A stretch of DNA of 61,893 bases, filler included, from Sphacelaria rigidula (GCA_964200075.2; 5 parts of 5 records of this genome joined end to end with filler, not necessarily neighbours in it), one strand, 5' to 3'; numbered from the whole stretch's first letter, positions 12,541 through 26,699 are shown. Notes: a model not told the origin generated them from the letters alone. Translations and numbers: made by a program.

Positions 12541-12811
12541 CGCAAGCATGCATACATATATGTAGTCTCTGACCCTTACCCCAACCCTAACCCTAATCCT
12601 TAGCGGGACGGTGTTGAATAAGGCGATCGATCATGAATATATATGTAAACAAATAACGCGTGGAAGGCATTGCGGACAGCGTTGATGAAAAATGTGTACA
12701 TTATGGTGCAACACTATCTTACCATCATGGCGAGTGTGCAATGTGTAAATTTGCGCTATACTCCGTCGCCAGTTGGTCACCTCCTACAGCACTCACTCGT
12801 GCTACGCCTAC

Positions 12812-15800
12812 CTTTGACCCTGGAGGGCAGTAGTAGCCAGCCTCACACGTGCCATCCGGCGCGGTGAGGCCGGGATCAGCGCAGTACTGCCCCGCCGTGC
12901 AATTGGTGCACTCGCTCTCGAAGGCTAAACCGGTCTGGGTACTGTACGTACCTGCACAAGTGCACAACACCAACAAGTCGAATCAGGTCGAGTATATGCT
13001 AGAACATGGCGCGTAGCTGTCTGTAACGGAAACGGAGCCCCAGTTCTGCCGTTTCTGCTTCCCGCAATGCGCTGGTGGATAGACGACGTTACTTTCTACA
13101 CAAAACCGCAGTACTGTCTTGAAGTCACCGAAATAGCGTAAAGGAGTTGACAGGCCTTACCGGGGTAGCCGGGCGACCTTGAAGTGGATGTGACCCTACA
13201 CAGGCCCATCAATCGTACACCACAGAACCGCACATTCGAATGGCATTGCGTTAGTTGCACTCCCTCCGACGGTTATACCGACACATCAGTCATCCTGAAC
13301 TGCTTCAGGTAGTTCACGACCTTTTCGTCAGCGACGTAGTTCTCGACATTCCTCCACGAAGTTGGACCTTCCTCATCCCCCTCAAACACAAATTACACAC
13401 AGCGCTATTTTCATTATTTGAAAATCTCCATACGCTACTTCCTCCAAACTCGAAAGCATCAATTTAGTTTTGGAATTTCTCGAGAAATCGCTTCATTCCC
13501 CCTGACCGTGGGGTAACGGAGGGACAAACACTTCGGTAAACCCTTCAACGCACCTGACGGACAGTTGGGGATAGAGGCATCTGTACGCTCGGGACAGTAG
13601 TGACCCGCAGGACACTCTACGAATTCTTTCGGACTGGAACCATCGCAGTAATAGCCCTCGGGACATGGGAAGCACTCGGCCGCACCCGTGTTATTCATGT
13701 ACGTCCCTGAGGGAACAAGACACACAAACAGGCAGTGGAAATCAATTGCGGTAGGCGTGGTGAACGAAATTTACAGCACGACCACTTCAGCTGGTCTCAT
13801 TTCGTCGACAGACACACACTCAAACACTAGCCTTTGGGGACGGGCGCGAGGCTTGATGCGTATCTCGAATGCAAAAAATGAAAACGTCATCACGAGAGCT
13901 TCGCTTCTGACTCGCGGAGAATGTATCAAAGTGATCCCTACAGTTCTCTCTTGTTTGACTGTTGCAAATAAGCCATCACACATCTCGTGTGTACGTGCAG
14001 ATCTCGCTCTCCCCCCGCTGTGAATAGTGCGGTACAGTGTTGATGCTCGCTATGAGGAAAATGCGTATTTTCAGCGTCGGTATGTAGTCACGCTGTATGT
14101 ATCATGGCTATTACTTCGGGATGCAGCACGTGCAGTGCAAGTGTTCCAACACAGTGTGGCCGTGGTACACGGCAACCCGCACACGAATTCGCTTCAGTGT
14201 GGAGTCGGATTTTCAACAGCAAGAACAAGTTGACCGCACTAAATCAGGACCCCGCGCTACCGAGAACCGCGCTATACATTGCGATTTTTGTCATCGTCAC
14301 ATGATCATGTGTCATCGAAACTTTGTCTGTGTATGTGTGCTTTCAGGTATGTACGAGTGTTTATGTGCTTGCTTATCAACAGCGTTTTGGCGATTATCTC
14401 ACTTCTCTGCCAGTTTGAGACCGCACACTGTACCTGGATCACAAGTGACTGGGTCGGAAGTTCCCTGGGGGCAATAATGTCCCGCAGGACACACTCCATA
14501 GTCGCACAGCCCTTCCCCAATTTCGCAGTACGGTTCGGGGCTGACAGCTCCTAGCTTACAAAAGTACCCCGCCGAGCACAGATGGTCTGGTTCTACCAGA
14601 CCCGTCGAGTTGCATGCGTAGGTAGCCGGGCACAGGAAGCAGTACGTACGATAGGGTATCCCCGTGATGGTGTCGTTGTACCACACGTCGCCGTCGTTTC
14701 GCTGTTCGGAATATTACGCGGGAGGAAGGGTGGAGAAGAGTTCACGGAGGGGACGGAGGAGGTAAAGTTGCATGGAAGGAAAAGTACGGAGGGGCAGGAA
14801 AACGGGTGAGGGAAGGGTGCATACCAGCGGAGCGTTACGGGGGGGGAATCACTTCAGCTCTTTTGGAGATTGAGTATAAATTGTCTTCTCGGCGAAACAC
14901 AAGAGCGGCTACTGATTACATCAATGAATACGATTCATCATGAATCATGTAGACATACAGGGTAACTCTAACAAAATTCGTTTGATTTAAGTGAGTCGGT
15001 CATACTCCCGTGTTTGAACAGTAGTCGTATTTTCCTTCGAGTGGCTTTGGCCTCGATTGCGTTCATGCTTCCAGAGCAAGTCGCGGCAGTCGCAAGGAAG
15101 GACAGCTGGGGAATGTGGGGCGTTGAGCAACCGTAAAACGAGAGGTGACACTCGACTGACGACTCATTACGTTTGCATATGCCTATTTCTGAGCTCGTAT
15201 GTCCTGGAGTGAAGCGCGACACATGGCGAAACGCAGTTTTTCGGCGCAAGCTTTACCGCACATGCTCACAAGCATTGCGACTGAACACGCCGAATTTGCA
15301 CGAAAACACTCCCCTATCAGTGACAGCGTCGCTACATTGTAGGTACTATATCCAGCGACATTGTTTTCAGCCTGTTGGCGCAATTTTGGCAAGTGGTAAG
15401 TGTACGCAAGTATGGGCGGCGGTGTCTGATATTCAACTTACAGTAGTCAGCATCAGAAGTATGCAGAATTCGTAATTTCTGAGTTTCCCAAAGATTTCCC
15501 AAATTTGTTTCGCTTGCCACCGCTCATCACAGTGGCTGTTGGATACCAAAAAATGGGCATCCGGAGAAATTTTGATTCTCTTGACAAATATTGAAAAATA
15601 TATATCCGCGATGAATATTGAGTGACGTACGGGCTTGACCGATCTTCGGGGGTCCTGCGAAAGTGCAACCCCAGGTTCTAGCTTTTCGGTATTTTCGGTG
15701 GGCCGACTCGATCCCGATCACATAAATGAAGACTCAAAACGGATTACTTTTTTTTAATTCCACCTATTCACTGCGCTAAAGCGGGAAAACCATGTTTCTT

Positions 15801-18800
15801 GGACCATTCACGGTTAATAACACCCTCCTGATAAACGGGTTTTCACTCCGTGTCGCCCCCACAACACCAATTTGGGCATTGTGATATGAGCACGGTCTGC
15901 TTATTTTGACAAAACTATCGACACTAGCACTTTCGAGTGCTCATGGAGAATGTTATGCAAAAAAAACGAAAAGAGACCATTCGTCGAAAATGCTAGACTG
16001 AGGTCTGTGCAGTAAAGGAGGGAAACACGATCTCGATCGTTAGTGTGAAGAACTGTATACGTATTCATTCATCTGAATAGTTACCGTTTCGTTGCGGAAG
16101 AGCCGGAAAACTGTGTTTATTGAACCAAAAACGGTCAATAATACCCTCCTGGTGAATGGGGTATCTAGCCCGTATCGCCCTAAAAACAATTTGGGCATTG
16201 CAGTTTGAGCGCGGCCTACAGGCTTTCCCCCTAAACCTACTGGCCCTAGCACTTTCAAGTAGTAATGAAGAATAGTACTCGAGGAAAACTAAAAAACTAC
16301 AACAACTGCGAATCCTGAAAAATTGTGATGCTGCCTACTACAGTGGAATGGATTCAAATCCGGGTCTATCGATTGGTGATTGATGAGTTGTCGCGCGTTG
16401 ATTGATGCGTCAGTGAGCGTAATATATAGAAGAATAGACAGAAATACTGGCTAGAAAAAATCGAAAAGCGGGACAAGAAGTAAAAGGGAGAATACGAGAA
16501 CAAACTGAGTAAACTGACTTCCCATAGTTGCCAGGCCAATTGCTAGTGACGGCCCCTACAAAAAATACCGACATACATCAAGCAGGTCTTCAGAATGGAG
16601 GCCGCACACGAAGGAAGGCCGCCGAACGGGTTGTGGCTCATCTATCCAAAGACTCTGATATTCAGTGAATCCATATTATAATTGCCGTTTTGTTTTTTTT
16701 GCTTGTTGGCATATGGCTCACCAGTGCACCGTAGTACGTTCCGAGAGGACATGGTTCTGGGTACGCGCTCGCTTCTTCGCAGTAGTGACCAGCCGTGCAC
16801 TGTCCGCCATAGTCCTGGCCTACCGGAGCATTCAGTACAGCGCCGCTCATGCAGTAGTACCCCGCATCACAGTTACCACTTACAGCCGCCAGACCGTTGG
16901 TGGCGCAATATCTGCTTTCGATAGATAAATTCGGCCACAGGTGTAACGTTGCCGTCCGAGCAACGGCCAAGTGAGTGCTTGGCTTGGGTTCGGGTACAGT
17001 GAGCTCGTTATAGGGCACGACGGCCAGGAATTTCGAAGCGCAGCATCTGCTTCCAAGCACTTTCCGTGCGGAAATATTACTCGTCGAAGCATTTTACATG
17101 GGACGCACTCTTCTACGGATTTTTTAAATAATCCACGAAAAAGTCTACGGTGCTCCTACTATCGTTCTATCAAATCTTCAGCAACACGAAATCAATTATT
17201 TTGCCACCAATATCAAGTATGTAACAATTTGCACATCTCGGAAAAACATAGTTCCCAACATCACGATCGACCCAGCGCCCAGCTATCCTTGCATGTCCGG
17301 CTGCTTAAAGCGGAGGTAATGGAAGCTCTGTCGTGAGAATGTGTCACATGAACGTTTTTTTCGGAGGCTTCGCCGGTCTGCGCACTGCCTTGCACAACCA
17401 TTTGCTGCGAGTGGTCGACTGCCGCAGGAAAGATCAAAATGGCTACAAAACTCTTTCGTCAGGACGGTGCTCGAGATGACCCAACTAAGAACGTATCGAG
17501 ACGACCGACTACGTCCGCCAGAAGGAAACACGCCTTTCCAAACGCATCGGGCGGTTAAAACGCACGAGGACCAACGGAGGCTGGCCGTCCCCCCAAACGA
17601 TGGGAGGAAGAGCTACAGGGAAAACCTACATGCACTACGGGTTGTTCCGAACAAAGGAGCGCGACGGAAATGGTTCGTCTACGGTATAGAGTTGAACGAT
17701 GCATACGAGTGGGTCACTGCGGCGGAGAAGATGGGCGAAGGGCATCTTGGAGTCGAAAAGGAGCGGAAGAGTTCGAGGACACGTGGCGATGCCAAGACAA
17801 ACGAGAATCTGACTGCCGTCACAAACGAGAGGCTGCTGGGTCGAGAGCCGCCGATCGGGGAATCCTATCTGCGCCTATAGGTTGTTGATTGTGTCGTTCG
17901 TCGGTGGTTCCGCGGTGCCCCCTATGCACCTGCTCCGCTGTTCTACATCCTTTGGGTTTCACCACTTCTGTAATCTCCTTCTCTACTCCCCCTTTCCTCA
18001 TCTTTCTCTCTATGTACGTGCTCTTTCCTGTCGGTGTATGCCAGAGCAGCTTGATGTCTCGTTTCCATAAGGTCTACAGTCTACAGTTGAGAGGTTTCAC
18101 TCCCAAAATATTGAGGCCGTAGTAGATGGGCCGCAATCTTTTCTCACGGCCTCCTGTTTTCTACGATTGTATATATATATATGTGTGTGTGTGGTTTCTG
18201 CGCAAGGCCTTGTCCACCAGAGCCAAGTGGCAGAGGCCGGGCATTCCTAATTTGTTTTTTTCGGGGGTTTTTGTGTATTTTTTCTTTTCTTTTCTCAGTC
18301 TACTCTGTTGGTTTATTCTACATTTCCTTTTTTTTCCTCATTTTTCTTCAGAGAGTGTTTCCGTTTTATTTTGTCTCGGGTGCGTCTACCATGTTGGACG
18401 ATGACCACGACTGGATCATGACTCCTGGGGGATCACTTAAAGGGTCGCAATCAACCAATTCATCAATCATACCAGTATGACTGTGCGGCTGCCTCGAATT
18501 ACTATCCCAAAATGAGGAGTGCATCGGGGATACCGTTGTTGCTGCGAAAATACACGATAACTCTAAAAGTTTCAACTCTCATTGCATCACTCGGAGAGTT
18601 ACTTTTCGATAAATTGAATCGACGAATCGACATTGTGTGCAACTCACTTTCCCGGATCGCAATCTGTGCACTGCGTCAAGTTGGACAGGCCGAGAATAGA
18701 GGAATACGTGCCCGAGGGACAGAAGGTGAAGTAGTCGCTCCCCCCTTCACAGTAGGAGCCTGCCGGGCACACAGTTGCGGACGTACTCGCAAATTCTTCG

Positions 18801-21800
18801 CAGTAATAGCCGGCCAGGCAGTCGACACACGCAGCTTGATTGCCCTGAAATGCAGTTCAGCGACGTGCAGAGGGGAGGGGAAGGGGACGTTTTCATTGAT
18901 TTGCTATACGAGGTTCTTTTTTCCATCGTGCACGTGGAAAACAAGGCTTTGAAGCATGTGCAGCTACCTCTGCTCCAAAAGTAGCTGTCCGCTCATGCAT
19001 CAATGTATCAACCCATAACATTGAGTGAGACATGGGGGTGGATGTCGAAGTAAGCTTGGAAATAAGTGAGTATTTTCCTCAATGGATACGAATACGCATG
19101 CAGTGAGTATTCCGACTCCGACGGAAAAGGTCGTGGACCGGGGGGAAGCACACGTCAAAGCAAAAGGATTTGTCTCACCGTTGTATATCTCTATCTCGGG
19201 CACGCGACAATACTCGTCTTGCCACACCATCGTGAAAGTACTATAGAAGTACTACCCGGCTTCTACGGCACACCATGCCTCCTCGCTACTGGCAACAATG
19301 CGTGCACTACTTACTGCAACCAAACGTGCCGAATAAGTGAACAAGGAGCAAGATACGTAAAAGTGTATCCACGGCAAAACCGACTGGGTTTTTCAATGAT
19401 CGGTGCTTTACAGCATTTCATATACTTGGCATCATCTCCAACGGCTGTTCCGTACTTTGCGTTGTGTCCTTTCTCACCTCATTATTGTACGTCCCGGGCT
19501 CGCAGGGATACTGCTCACTAGCACCCTCGTCAGAGTAGTATCCGGCCTCTACGGCGAATTGCGTAGGTTCACTCGCGCCTCCGGTGCAGTAGTAGCCCGC
19601 CCTGCACTGTCCAGTAGGGGAAGGGTTGCTTGTGCCTGAGCAATAGTGGCCCACGGAGCAATCGGAGCAGTCGGCGGGGCTGGACGCCCCCGAGTAGTTG
19701 TTGTAGGTACCCGCTGGACACGGTTGCGGGTAGGAAGAGCCAATAGGGCAGTATCCTCCCGCTGGGAAAGGAAACAAGGACAATTGGTTTTGTTCAGCAA
19801 GAGAGAGATAACGTTACACGTGTTGAACAGGATTCAACATTAGACGTCAACCTCAACGGGAATTTTGTCGCCTCAAAGCTGGTTCCGTTTCGGCTACTCC
19901 TGGAAAATAACCTGCAATTTCGTACATGGCGGAACTCTTGAAGATCTCACGGCGCGCACCCATTCTTCCAATGGAAGCCGTTTCGGGCAGTATGTTTCGG
20001 GCAGCATCACCAGACAAGAGGTACTAGATGCCATTTTTTAAACAAATACAGCCAGATATTCAGGAGATGGGGATGAAATAAGTTGGCTTGAAAATGCGGA
20101 AATATACAGTCCTCAGGAACAGCCGAAAGCAGGAGAATATGGTATTCTCGCCGTTTTATTTTGCGGATAGACGGGGCTGCCTCCTACCCAGGAAGCGGAA
20201 ATGTAAAAACGCAGTTCTCTTTCTACCACATAAGCTCAGGCCGTAACAAATATTAGCACGGAAAGATTCCTCCGACTACATTTTTCAAACGTAGTACTTG
20301 AATGTTGGAGTGTAATATGTGGTTCCATGCACTGAAAACACGCGCCCTAGAGAAAAGTACCGACAGTCGAGATCATTTCTTCGCTTGATCTTTTTGATAC
20401 GCATGCATCTTAACGTCTGATCCATACCATCAACATCCCTTCATGGATTCGCCTAGGAAACGAGGGTATACCCCCGCTGGACAAAATAACCAATGCTTTG
20501 AAAGGGGGTGGAATTCCAAGCACAAGAAGTAGTGAGTACATACCTGGGCACAGTCCACCAATATCAGTCTCGTCAGCACTCAGCGGTGAACCCGGTGCGC
20601 TTGGCGCGCTGGTGTATGACCCATCGAGGCAGTAGTATCCGGGGTCGCACAGCCCCGAAGGACTCGTCAAACCACGCTGGTCGCAGTAGTAACCGGCCGA
20701 GCAGTCGGTACAATCGGCGATTTGTCGAATGCCGGTCGAGTTGCCGTAGGTGCCGAGAGGACACGGTTCTGGGTCAACAACACCTGTCATTTAACATAAA
20801 TTTGACCAACGCAGTGGAGTCGTTGACGGCACGGTGGTTCGTTGACAGCGGATTTTCGTAACATAATTCCTGGGAACTAAGTACCTGCACACCTGAGCGT
20901 TAGTGGTGATTTGTCACCATCCTTTTGTCATCCGAAGTGGCATGGCTTTCAAACACACAAACCATTTTTGCAACATGTTGATACACGGTTGGATGTATCA
21001 TGCCGGGGGATATGAAGGAGGGGAACAGAAGGCAACGTGCGAAAAGTTAGTGCTTCAATTCGGTCGGAAACATGCCCGCTGCCCGTCGTTTTGCTCCAGG
21101 TCATGCCCAGAGGGCAAAGTTTCAGATGGATGAACCAGGGTTTGTCTGAAGATGATACAATATGAGCACTACCCCGTTATCTTAAACGTCTGATAAAACT
21201 CAAATTGCCAACACAGCTGCGAGCAACGGCAAACGTCGACAACATATTTGCGACATCAACGGTTTCGAATGAGCTTCAATTTACGCATGGTGTGCGAATT
21301 GGGGCTTTATGGAGTACAGCCGCTGGCTCTTTTGGCGCTGTATTGAATCAACGCGGTGAACACTTTGTTATATGAGAGCGCACGGAGGGGGAGGGGGGGG
21401 GAGAGAGAGACGGGAAGGGCGCGTGCGCGGAGAAATGGCCAATTCCCTTACAGTGTAGTACTTGACGGTGTTTTTTTGTTTTACACAGCGGTGAGCAAAT
21501 TACTGACGTCTCTCCGGTTTCCGAACCTGTCCTTACACTACTTCATCTGTTCGTCTCCGACCGAAGCTCGGGATATCTTGTGCTAGCTGTTGGCGACCCC
21601 ACGAGATCAGGTCTACCAGGAGTTGGGAACAAACCTTCGTACTAAATTGCAGATCTAGCGGAATTGCCAAATCGACAGAGTAATTGTATCAGGATGAATG
21701 AATCTCACCGATAAGGAGCAATCCTATCAGGATGAACAGATCTCACCGGTTACACAGTAAAAGCCGCGAGGACAATCAAGGGGTTCCGTTGAACCCGAAG

Positions 21801-24488
21801 GGCAGTAACCGCCCGAAACGCAGAGAGAACAGTCGTCCGTGCTTCCGGCGCCTTCTTCGAAACGGTAGTAGCGCTCCGGGCATGGCACCTGTATCATTGT
21901 GCGTTTGGGGGGGGGGGGAGGCGGCGTACTCATTTGTTGCTTGCCTTAGTCGAGTGACCATTGATCACGCATCCCTTTCGAGACGGAGCACCGCTCCTAT
22001 TCCTAGTAGAGACACCTCCAACATTCCAGCACTGATTACGTTGCGTTCGTGGGGGAGGATTCACACGAAAAATTGAATGTTTGAATATCCAATCGTCATT
22101 ACTTCGGCGTTTTCAAGTTCTGAAAACGAACGGCGATGAAATATTTACTTTCAGTGCGTTCAAGCGTTTGCGGGAGTAACACCCCAGAGAAGCAGCCAAA
22201 CAATAGTGGGGTATATGATTTGACAAATCACAGCTGAATGCTGTACACGGATGGATTTGGGGTATAGTGTGACACCTGTGTGCCAGTACTTTCTCACGCG
22301 TATCTACCCGGCTTTAACGTATTCCACAAGCACGATTGTGCACGATGAAACCCCTGGGTGTGCTTCATGTGTGCCTCTCACACAAAATTTAGTTGTATAC
22401 ACCGCCGCCGATTGGATCGATTGGCTGAATGTTGAGTTGTTCGATCGCTTTCTTGTTTCACATGGACTGATCCGCCATGAAAACCAGCCAAAAAGGTGAA
22501 GAAGAGTAGAGAGATGAGCTAGAGTTAGTTGCAAGCCGGAAAAAAAAAGAAGACAACAATCGACAGAGTAGGACGGCCATGGCGACCCGGTGCACCCTCC
22601 CCCTGATTCTCGGCCGCTTGTACCGTATATATGCACAGTGCATGCTCGGGGGTCAGGGCTGTAGGTTGCTCTGAATGATGAAGCGTTTCGAGGCTGTGAA
22701 CAAGGCTACCTGGGGATATTAGTGTTGAAAAACTGAAACATATCACAAGGATCTCTTGAACAATCTTCAAATGTTGCGAACAGAATCGATTACTAGTCAG
22801 TCGAAATAATATCTACCTGGTATCGAAGTGTCTATGCGGTACCGTGTCGCAAGCAGTATTTTCCCTGACCAACCAACCGTGTCATCAAAATAGGCGAAAA
22901 TTCGTTACACCAAGCAAGTATATCCTCTGTGCTGGCGAACGATTCCTTGGAAAAATTCAAGCGCGAGCATATCCATGTTTTCCCACAACGTTCGGTGTTT
23001 TCATGTTTTGTCACAACCAAGGAAAGGGGTACAACTAAGGGAGGGGGACGGCGTACTTATTTGTTGCTTCCCTGGGTCGTTTGGCCATTGACCAAACCAC
23101 CACCGAAGGGGAAGAAAAAACAAAAAGATCCTATTATCGCAAATACCTGCTGTGGTCCGGTCGACCCAGCCGGGCAGTAGTAGCCAGCAGCACACGCCCC
23201 TGTCGTGTTTGTGGAGGCCTCAACCGCGTAGTATCCGGCGGGGGAAACTTGACAGTCCTCCTGTCCGTCCATCCCCTCGTGTGGGTTAAAGGTACCCGAA
23301 GGGCAAGCAAGAGGAGAAGTCGTTGCTGTGGAGCAATAATATGCTGCCGGACACGAGTCTCTCAGGAGGTCTGGTCAATCGTGGTTTTGTCGCCGAAGGA
23401 ACCGAACGGAGGAGGCAAAGTTCGAACATTCACGGGGAAATGAATTATCTCTGCAGTTCCCGACTGCGACACGAAAGCGTAGAATAACACTGTGATGAAA
23501 GCACCGTGATATGGACAACAGTCGGTACGACACAAGACGGAAACGTTAGTGAATACTACGTAGTATATGAAAAGCTATTCACGACTGTAACAGACACAAT
23601 CCTACTACGTCCCAGGATCGTAAGCCTAGGCTTCATTGTAACTCTGCCCTGGCGTCTGAAGTACCGAGAACAGAGACGACACTAGGTACGACCACAAGAA
23701 GGCCAGGGTATGTTACTGGGAGCTCGATTGACTCATAAACATATTCGCGTGTGGGGGGGTCACAACCACTTCACACGATATAGCAACTCGACTGCACTAT
23801 TTATTTTCCGCCACGCTCATAACTCACCCCTCCCTCGGGACGAGTCCGTACAGTCTTGAGGGATCAATCCTTCTGTCCCCCGGTACATGCCTAACATTTT
23901 GATGTAATGGATTGGATCATCACTCCCCCACCGCGTCGATGGGCGTCAAGAATAATTTTCTACTCACGCCGTTACGTTCTCTAAGACGGAAGTCAGGTGC
24001 TCCTGAGAACAAAAACGTGTGTGGTTGTGTTCGCCGGAAATCAAACCCTCAACTCCACTCAAACCGGTTTTGAGGATGAAGCACTCACACCACCTGGGCA
24101 CGGCGGTGAAGGTGCGAAAACAGCTATGAATCTCACAGTTTTGTTTTTCCCCTTAGAGCGTGCTTTAGTTTCGTTTTTCTTGGGGTACGTCTATCGTGAG
24201 ACCACGGCTGGACCCCTGGGGGGTCAGTTAAAGTGCGACAATCAATCAAATCTAACAATCAGCAACCGACATTTTGACAGGCACAAGGCAATCACTTGTA
24301 CGTGCCTGGAGCCCGGTTCATCCCTGTATCGCAGTAGGTTCCATTGAAGCATTGACCCGCGTCGTCGACATTGTTCGACCAGTCGCCGCCACCCGTGTAC
24401 ATGGCGAGGGCTGTGGTCTCATTGCTCCCGCAGTAGTGACCAGCCGCGCACACGGAGCAGTTATCCATGCCAGCATCGGAGTAAAGGC
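12812..24488 (-). CDS. Large Cys-rich GCC2/GCC3 (ephrin-receptor-like) repeat protein, 'Cast multi-domain'-like; internal portion, 10 exons
   Basis: Exons in transcript order: 24488-24306, 23370-23147, 21888-21747, 20783-20544, 19761-19478, 18844-18648, 16911-16722, 14701-14434, 13706-13554, 12951-12812. All have AG acceptors and GT donors (GC at the first), phases are mutually compatible, and the 2021 nt are stop-free (~673 aa). Recurring motifs such as CPAGHYCP, CDPGYYCLDG and CPLGTY. The gene runs off both contig ends. Confidence 0.93.
17270..18470 (+). mobile_element. 5'-truncated RTE LINE (ORF C-terminus plus 3' UTR), intronic
   Basis: VRLLKAEVMEAL and a degenerate C-terminal ORF. The 3' segment GACAAACGAGAATC...AACGAGAGGCTGCTG is shared with ~9643. 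It ends GGGGATCACTTAAAG followed by an (AATC)n-like tail; a similar end occurs at ~24217-24260. Confidence 0.75.
23822..24099 (-). mobile_element. Degenerate SINE sharing the GACTCGTCCCGAGGGAGGGG 3' end
   Basis: Head GCCCAGGTGGTGTGAG and a degenerate B box GGTTTGATTTCC; 3' end matches ~55665-55690. Confidence 0.55.
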
Positions 24489-24700
24489 CTAGATAGAGCC
24501 AAAGAGAAGGAAGCAACGCGGGATATTACGCAACATCGAACGCTTGGCTATTGTGATGTGTCATTCTAGACAAAGAGTAGCGCAGGGTCTGGGTAACCTC
24601 TTTGCACGAGCTATAGGTCCCCCCCCACTGGTATGCACCCATGAGGCAGTGTAAAAGCCGTGGCTGTCTCTGGAAGTGGCGAGACCAAAGAAGATGGCAA

Positions 24701-24800
24701 NNNNNNNNNNNNNNNNNNNNNNNNNNNNNNNNNNNNNNNNNNNNTTAATTAATTAANNNNNNNNNNNNNNNNNNNNNNNNNNNNNNNNNNNNNNNNNNNN
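24701..24800. other. Artificial contig linker
   Basis: Same N44-TTAATTAATTAA-N44 spacer. Confidence 0.98.
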
Positions 24801-26198
24801 GGTGGTGGGGAGCCTGATGTGGATCGCCAACCAGACAAGGCCCGACATCTCGAATGCTGTGCGGGCGGTGGCGAGGCACTCTCACGAGCCAAAGAAGAGC
24901 CACTGGAAGGCAGCCCAGAAGATTCTGTTTCATCTTCTGGAAACGGCGCATCTAACTCTGAAGTTCAAGCAGGGCAGTCCGGTAGATGTAGGTACGTTGA
25001 TGTACATAGATGCCGACTTTGCAAGCAAGGCCACTGACCGTAGATCAGTTTCAGGAGCGTTGGTTTTTGTGGCTGCTATGCTTATAGTTTGGACTTCTAG
25101 GACGCAGAAATGCGTTTCAGAGTTATCCTACGGGGGGGGGGGGGGATTTTGGGTCATTTGTTGCTCGAAATTTCGAGTCAGATCGTCGTTGAAAGCAGCA
25201 ACGGTTGTTCGAAAAAACTTGTTGTGGATCAATAACGCTCATCCATACTGCATAACACCGTTTGGAACCACGTACAAGCGCAACGTAAGTGTGGAAGGAT
25301 GTCTGACACACTTATGAGCCTCTTTTTTTCGTGCAACCAAATACCCCCCCCCCCCTATCGTAGGATGATTCTTCATAGTCGAGTTTTGAAGCGCAGAGTA
25401 TCTTGCGATGGGTGATGGTGTGAAGGAGGCCCTGTTTGTGAACGGACTGCTTCCGTTCTTGAGACCTAGTGTGAAGCCTCGTGAGATTGAGGTACTTGAG
25501 GATAACTAGGGTGCGATTGCGCTTGCAGAGAATCCGCTTAGCTCGTGCGGGAGTAAACACATTGACGTGAGGCACCACTTTGTTAGGAATTTGACCGAGG
25601 AGGGTGTGATCGAGATCACGCATGTTCGCAGCGAAGAAGAGCATGCGGACATCCTCACGAAGCCTCTGCCGAGAGATAGTTCTGAGGTTCGCCGTGATTT
25701 TGCCCTTGGCCCGAGAAATGAGAAGTAGAAGTGTGCGTCGTGATTTGTTTTCTTTGAAATATATTTGGTCTGGTAGATACAACAGCCCCAAGGGAAGGTG
25801 TTCGGGATAGCGGCTGTAGTACCGACTGATTCTCGTAGAACATCTGATTGGATGATTCGAAAAACGGAACTGTCGATCTATACGTTGCCGAGCTGCCACA
25901 TAATTGAGAACTGCGAGATACGTTTGCGGTCCTATCTGTAGCTTATGAAGGAATACTCTTTGTGGATACTGCATTAGTCCGAGCATGGTATTTGTGGTGT
26001 GGGAAACAACCCGAAGTTTTGAGGTACGTGAGGAAGTGCGATGGTCCGAGTTCCGTTGCCGGAACCATGTGGAACGTTGTTCCGGAACCTGTCTTTGGTT
26101 TTTTGGTTTCTAGAGTTTCTGAGATGGCGATGACACGAGCTCGCCTACCGTACTTACTCCACTTTCTCGACTCGTCTCTCTAGACCAAGGTCTCAATA
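24801..26198 (+). mobile_element. Ty1/Copia LTR retrotransposon 3' end (RT C-terminus, RNase H, PPT, 3' LTR), degenerate
   Basis: GSLMWIANQTRPDIS, YIDADFASKATDRRSVSG, AEYLAM, EDN*GAIALAENP, SKHIDVRHHFVR, HADILTKPL. Stops, a frameshift and a MITE interrupt it. Polypurine AAGGGAAGG directly precedes TGTT at 25799 (LTR start); the LTR end near 26198 is approximate. Confidence 0.93.
25120..25371. mobile_element. 252-bp MITE with 4-bp TSD (TTCA), Sola-like
   Basis: TIRs GAGTTATCCTACG(G)n and (C)nTATCGTAGGATGATTC; TTCA duplicated at 25116-25119 and 25372-25375; removal rejoins the Copia RNase H sequence. Confidence 0.85.
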
Positions 26199-26699
26199 AT
26201 ACAACACATCTTCTTCTCCGGAAGTCACGAGTTTACCAACATGACCTTCCCGTCAGAGCGCGCTTGGAGCGAGCCAATCATGAATACTCACCCTAGCCAC
26301 TTCAGCAGTGTCGTACGGTCGTCACCACCGCCCAATGACATCATGACCGTCAGAACTAATTGGCCAGCGCCACCCGTGCGAAACCTATCGCCCCCATGCA
26401 CTCCGGGAGTTCACTTTCCTTTACATGTTTTAACAAGAATATAGTGTAGGAAACGCGTTTATTCATTTGTCGAAGAAGCCACCCCTCCCGTAGACTGGAA
26501 TTATGGATACTAAGCTTCCCCCAGGGGAAGGAGAAATTGCAATCACGTTTGATTGCTCGAACGTTGTCCACAGTGATTTCAAACGATATTTGAGAGGTCC
26601 GCTGAACGCCCAGAGTAGGGAGATATGATATTTTTGGATATTCCTTGATAAAATGCCTTATGCCCAATGTATGAACAAACGTAATGGTGTATCTTGTTC

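Noticed and set aside
18720-18750. Apparent frameshift in exon 18844-18648
   Set aside because: Recounting the run gives six G on the minus strand, which keeps the frame (CEGGSDYFTFCPSG).
25312-25986. 224-aa minus-strand ORF
   Set aside because: Antisense shadow of the Copia RNase H and LTR.
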